Part shown: positions 60,244 to 64,000 of the stretch, piece by piece
Numbering within the stretch: position 1 is the stretch's first letter
How the letters are laid out: the number at the start of each line of letters is the position of its first letter
Origin: Candidatus Melainabacteria bacterium 17Bon1m
Lineage (GTDB): Bacteria; Cyanobacteriota; Vampirovibrionia; Obscuribacterales; Obscuribacteraceae
Assembly: GCA_032128875.1 (NCBI GenBank)
Contig: JAVLKG010000005.1
Span: 256,001-320,000, forward strand
Direction: 5' to 3'
Length of the DNA: 64,000 bases
Notes under the pieces: generated by a model
The model's database searches: none
Told to the model about the DNA's origin: nothing
Seen by the model: the letters and a program-made list of their open reading frames with translations, nothing else
Translations under genes and position numbers: made by a program

Positions 60244-61173
60244 TTATCGCGCTGCCAGGTTGAGGCATGAAACTACCTTGTCGGTTATATCTTGCGCAGA
60301 AATACCGAGGCGTTCGTAAAGATACTGCTCCGAACCGACCATTCCCTTTGGGACTTGTCTGACCGCGAGTCTCGTTAATCGCGCATTTAATCCGTTTTCC
60401 GCTATTACTTCCGACACCATGGAGCCGAGACCGCCGCTTATGTAATGCGCTTCCACCGTGAAAACATACCGGTGGCGTGAGATGGTTTCAATCAAATGAT
60501 CTTCGGGTCTTGGGCTTATTGAGGAAACAAGCGCAACCGTTGCGCTAATGCCTTTCTGCGTAAGCGAAAGTTCTGCTTTTTGAGCCTCCGGGGCTGCGTT
60601 GCCCATTGCGATGATCAACGCGTCTTGCCCATTTGCGATGAAATCGATATTGCCGATTTCAAATCTTCCATTCAAGCCGGGAACGGTAATGCCTTCGTTT
60701 TTGCTGAGCCGATAGTATGCTGGGCCCGGCGCATCCCATGTTTTCTCAATCGCCGTATTGAGCTGATCCGAATCGCATGGCGTGATGATCGACAGCCCCG
60801 GCTGTACTCGCAAAGCGCCGACGTCATCCAAACCAAAATGGGTCGGTCCGTGATGTGAGTATTCGACCCCGCCACCGATGCCGACAATTTTTACAGGCAG
60901 GTTGTGTAAAACAGGACCATTGCGGATGAATTCGTATGGACGCAGAGTGGCGAATGTGGCGATTGAATAAACAAAAGGAATCAATCCTGACTCTGCCATC
61001 CCTGTTGCCATGCCGATCATGTTCTGTTCGGCAACGCCGGCATTGATAAAACGATCTGGAAAACGCTCTGCAAATGGTTCTACCACATAAAATCCAAGAT
61101 CGCCTGTAAGCAAGTGAATTCGCGGATCTCTCTGAGCCACCTCGACAAGTTTTTTGATGAAGGCTTTACGCAT
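60244..61173 (-). CDS. Transketolase C-terminal (pyrimidine-binding) subunit
   Basis: TGDLG, NAGVAEQNM, GPTH, EAH...GGLGS. Confidence 0.93.
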   Translation of the reverse strand: MRKAFIKKLVEVAQRDPRIHLLTGDLGFYVVEPFAERFPDRFINAGVAEQNMIGMATGMAESGLIPFVYSIATFATLRPYEFIRNGPVLHNLPVKIVGIGGGVEYSHHGPTHFGLDDVGALRVQPGLSIITPCDSDQLNTAIEKTWDAPGPAYYRLSKNEGITVPGLNGRFEIGNIDFIANGQDALIIAMGNAAPEAQKAELSLTQKGISATVALVSSISPRPEDHLIETISRHRYVFTVEAHYISGGLGSMVSEVIAENGLNARLTRLAVRQVPKGMVGSEQYLYERLGISAQDITDKVVSCLNLAAR

Positions 61174-62004
61174 TTACGTGTCGATCTCCTTCATCGCTTG
61201 ATCGAATTGATCTTTTGTCATTGGCAGATAGTGCCATTCGATTTTGTTTTGCATGAAGGAAACGCCTTTGCCAAACGTGGTTTTGCACACTAGAACATGA
61301 GGCGCGCCCGATTCGCAATCGAGCTTCTCCAGAGTATCTTGCATCTGTTTGCAGTTATGTCCGTCTACAGAATGGACATCCCAATTGAATGCTTTAAATT
61401 TGCTTTCTACCGAACCTGTGTCCAGCACGTCTTTTGTATAGCCTAGCGCTTGCTGTCCGTTTTGATCGACAAATACAATCAAGTTGGACAATCGGTGATG
61501 TCCTGCGAAAAGAACCGACTCCCAGAGCGCGCCTTCATTGAGTTCGGCGTCGCTTATGAGAACGTATGTTTTGCGTGAAGAGTTTGTTTGCCTTGCTGCA
61601 ACTGCACTGCCGATACCAAACGAAAGCCCCATGCCCAACGAGCCGGTTGCAAAATCAATTCCACTAACTGCGACTTCTGGGTGCCCACAAAGCGCAGTGC
61701 CATCGTTGCAGAACGTGCCAAGTTCTTCCCTTGTGATGAATCCCTTGAGATAAAGTGCTGCGTATTGCGCCAGAACAGCATGCCCTTTTGAAAGAATAAA
61801 ACGATCGCGCTCAGGTGCCTCGGGAGCTGGGATATTCAGAACTCTGCTGTACAGCAAGGCGATAATTTCTGTGATCGACAATGCGGAGCCGATGTGACCT
61901 ACACCTGCGCGTTTCGACTCGAGGAGAACCAGCCGGCGGATCTCGTTTGCGAATTTCTCGGGATTGAGAGCGGACTTAACTTGTTGTGCTGCCGTCACTG
62001 CCAA
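61174..62004 (-). CDS. Transketolase N-terminal subunit
   Basis: GHIGSALS, DRFILSKGH, GSLG, SDAELNEG..WE, GKGVSFM. Confidence 0.93.
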   Translation of the reverse strand: MAVTAAQQVKSALNPEKFANEIRRLVLLESKRAGVGHIGSALSITEIIALLYSRVLNIPAPEAPERDRFILSKGHAVLAQYAALYLKGFITREELGTFCNDGTALCGHPEVAVSGIDFATGSLGMGLSFGIGSAVAARQTNSSRKTYVLISDAELNEGALWESVLFAGHHRLSNLIVFVDQNGQQALGYTKDVLDTGSVESKFKAFNWDVHSVDGHNCKQMQDTLEKLDCESGAPHVLVCKTTFGKGVSFMQNKIEWHYLPMTKDQFDQAMKEIDT

Positions 62005-62122
62005 TGCTTCTCAGGCTTGCTACGTCGAGAGACTCCAAGCAGTTAGTTTACTAAGAGTAGTCTAGTGCTCGATGACAGCCGTGTAATCTGAAGGGCTTTT
62101 GCCTTTCTGCTCAAGGCTTCAA

Positions 62123-62896
62123 TCAATCTGATTTCTTGATAATCCTACCTTTGATACTGGTTTCAGCAGGCTGTAATACCTTCTTCAAGTATTTCTCATT
62201 CGATTCCCAAGGTTTGGGAATGTAGCCCGTCAGGTGTTTTAGGCGTTGCTTGGCGACGACGTAATAATCGTCATCTCCGAAGAAATGGTCCACAACTCCC
62301 ATGCCTCTGAAGTTTGTGCCCTTCTCCATTCCCACTCCGTTGCGCATTACAATGAGCCACTCTCGGACGCATTCACCAAACAGTTTGGGATCTTTCTCGG
62401 CTTGAAATTCCAGTTTGCGATCTAGTGCTTCTGCCAGTGCCTTGTGAACGTCCATATCATCAGGATCTCGCTGCATTGCCCGGCGCGCCAGCTGAATTGC
62501 TCGGTCGACGCGCTCAGCTCTCAAAGCAAATTCGGAGCCGAGCATTGCTGATATCGTGCGCTTCTTTGATGGGTCGATGATCTCATCGTATTCCATTGTT
62601 GGTGGTACGTAATTAGGTTCGTACTCTGCTTTCTTCGTGGTTCGGTGTTCGGTATCAGAGCGCTTAGTGGCTTTGTGCTCTTTTGTGGGTTGCGGCGGTG
62701 TTGGCGGCGGCGACTGCCTTTGCTCGTATTTTATAGGCTGCTGTGGTGGCTCGCTGGGGGCGGCTATTGCCGCACAAGTGCATGCAGGCAGTGCAAAACT
62801 CATTGCAAAAAGAAGCGAATTAAAGCATCCTGCTCTTTGTCTTTTGGCGCGCGTTAAGTCCGCCAGTGGTCGAAACCTGGCTGTTTTTAAAAGCAT
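62123..62896 (-). CDS. Hypothetical exported protein with a TPR-like helix pair
   Basis: Hydrophobic leader, Pro-rich linker, AIQLARRAMQRDPDDMDVHKALAEAL. Confidence 0.6.
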   Translation of the reverse strand: MLLKTARFRPLADLTRAKRQRAGCFNSLLFAMSFALPACTCAAIAAPSEPPQQPIKYEQRQSPPPTPPQPTKEHKATKRSDTEHRTTKKAEYEPNYVPPTMEYDEIIDPSKKRTISAMLGSEFALRAERVDRAIQLARRAMQRDPDDMDVHKALAEALDRKLEFQAEKDPKLFGECVREWLIVMRNGVGMEKGTNFRGMGVVDHFFGDDDYYVVAKQRLKHLTGYIPKPWESNEKYLKKVLQPAETSIKGRIIKKSD

Positions 62897-62918
62897 TGGA
62901 TATTCTCTGATTGGTTAG

Positions 62919-63584
62919 TTATTTGCCTTGAGGCGCGTGCGGGGGTGGCGGCGGAGGAAAAGGATGTCTGCCAAAACCGCCCATAGGACCAAGCTCCATC
63001 TTGTCGTGTGCTAATCGCATCTTCTTTCTTTGTTCGGGTGTGAGAACCTTGGCCATCTCAAGCATGTGAGCTGAAAAGCGTTTGCTCATGTCTGATTTTT
63101 GTTGCGCAATCTCTTCTGCAAGTTTGCGAACGTCTGAGTCGCTAATATTGTCGGCGCTCAGTTTTTCGCGCATTTCGCCTTCGAGTGAGCGCAAGGTCGC
63201 AAACGCGGTTGTGTTGCCGTTTTCGAATGTACGCTTTAGCTTTGCCATCTGCGTAACTTGATTATCAGTCAAGTCAGGAATGGGAGGTGGAGGGAGTGGC
63301 ATTGCAAATTTCGCTCCAAAATGTGTACCGCCGGGCGGCATTGGGGGAAAGGGAGAGCCTCCACCAAATGGCATCTGACATCCCGGCGGCGGTCCGAATT
63401 CGCCTGCACAAGTGATGAAGTCCGGCAGCGGGCCTGGGGGCGCTGCTTCGAATGCGAAAAGAACGTTTTCTGGACCGTCTTTTACCATTTGAATTACTGT
63501 TGACTCCTGACTAAAAGCCGGCGGGGATGTCAAAAGGAGGGCGGCGGCCGCAACAAGGCCGCGCCACGAGAATTTGTGGCTCAT
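62919..63584 (-). CDS. Spy/CpxP-like periplasmic protein
   Basis: GGGAG RBS, signal peptide, LTDNQ and LTPEQR (LTxxQ) motifs. Confidence 0.8.
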   Translation of the reverse strand: MSHKFSWRGLVAAAALLLTSPPAFSQESTVIQMVKDGPENVLFAFEAAPPGPLPDFITCAGEFGPPPGCQMPFGGGSPFPPMPPGGTHFGAKFAMPLPPPPIPDLTDNQVTQMAKLKRTFENGNTTAFATLRSLEGEMREKLSADNISDSDVRKLAEEIAQQKSDMSKRFSAHMLEMAKVLTPEQRKKMRLAHDKMELGPMGGFGRHPFPPPPPPHAPQGK

Positions 63585-63679
63585 GTGAGTCTCCCTTGGA
63601 AACTGTTTGATTAGTTCTTTAAATAACAACCGGCTTTCACCCGGGGCCGAGCAAAAGCCGGTTGTGCGGACAAAGGAAA

Positions 63680-63751
63680 TTGTACTAGAGTATAAAAATG
63701 TACGCAAGTCTAAAATTGTTTGGCAGTACAAATTTGAACTGCCGTATTATT
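63680..63751. promoter_or_regulatory. Four tandem 18-bp palindromic operator-like units
   Basis: TTGTACTAGAGTATAAAA / ATGTACGCAAGTCTAAAA / TTGTTTGGCAGTACAAAT / TTGAACTGCCGTATTATT. Confidence 0.6.
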
Positions 63752-63813
63752 TATAGTCTAAGATCAGGTGCCGTGAGGTTTTGCGACCTCGCAGCCATAA
63801 AGGTTGAAGTCTG

Positions 63814-64000
63814 ATGGAAAACACACTGAATAGCCGGCGGGACAAAAAGCGTATTGAGCGCCAGCACCAAATATTGGATGCTGCGTCTAGTTTGTTCACT
63901 GTGCGAGGTTATGACCAGACTTCTATCGACGACATCGCGCGAGAAGCGGACATCGCGCGAGGCACCGTTTTTTACAACTTCGAGTCGAAGGAAGATATTG
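63814..64000 (+). CDS. TetR/AcrR-family regulator; runs off the window
   Basis: Manual translation: MENTLNSRRDKKRIERQHQILDAASSLFTVRGYDQTSIDDIAREADIARGTVFYNFESKEDI. Confidence 0.95.
   Translation, partial: MENTLNSRRDKKRIERQHQILDAASSLFTVRGYDQTSIDDIAREADIARGTVFYNFESKEDI

Noticed and set aside
63680-63751. CRISPR array
   Set aside because: Degenerate abutting 18-mers with no spacers and no cas genes

Overview
Gene-dense chromosomal window of about 50% GC. The GuaA insertion [21 protein letters not shown] is cyanobacteria-like and there are no photosynthesis genes, so I infer (not prove) a non-photosynthetic relative of cyanobacteria (Vampirovibrionia/Melainabacteria, Obscuribacterales-like). 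Housekeeping genes (guaA, tsaD, PGM/PMM, FtsB-like, ridA) are interleaved with two main modules. (i) A dispersed cell-surface glycosylation toolkit: GmhA/HddA/GmhB heptose enzymes with a dedicated transaldolase and split transketolase, an FAD mutase-like enzyme, two NDP-sugar epimerases, three polyprenyl-phosphate-type GT2s, three GT87 and two STT3-like GT-C membrane proteins, a GT4, a methyltransferase and an MBOAT/SGNH pair. (ii) A Tad/Flp pilus locus whose pilin ends in a Ser/Ala-rich tail and is divergent from a prenyltransferase-fold + Tat-lipoprotein DUF362 pair. Other content includes a heavy-metal RND pair, a rifampin-phosphotransferase-like kinase and two pseudogene fragments. The most unusual signals are the heptose-to-GT-C system (candidate pilin/surface glycosylation), a 72-nt tRNA-like element with an 8/4 acceptor branch, Ala identity and a GUC loop, a 303-aa serine protease with no lysine, a promoter-linked multi-stem RNA leader before two Gly-rich secreted proteins, two probable non-canonical starts (ATC, ATA) and a 4x18-bp operator array. 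No rRNA, CRISPR array or intact transposase was seen. All calls are from motif reading only; no searches were run.
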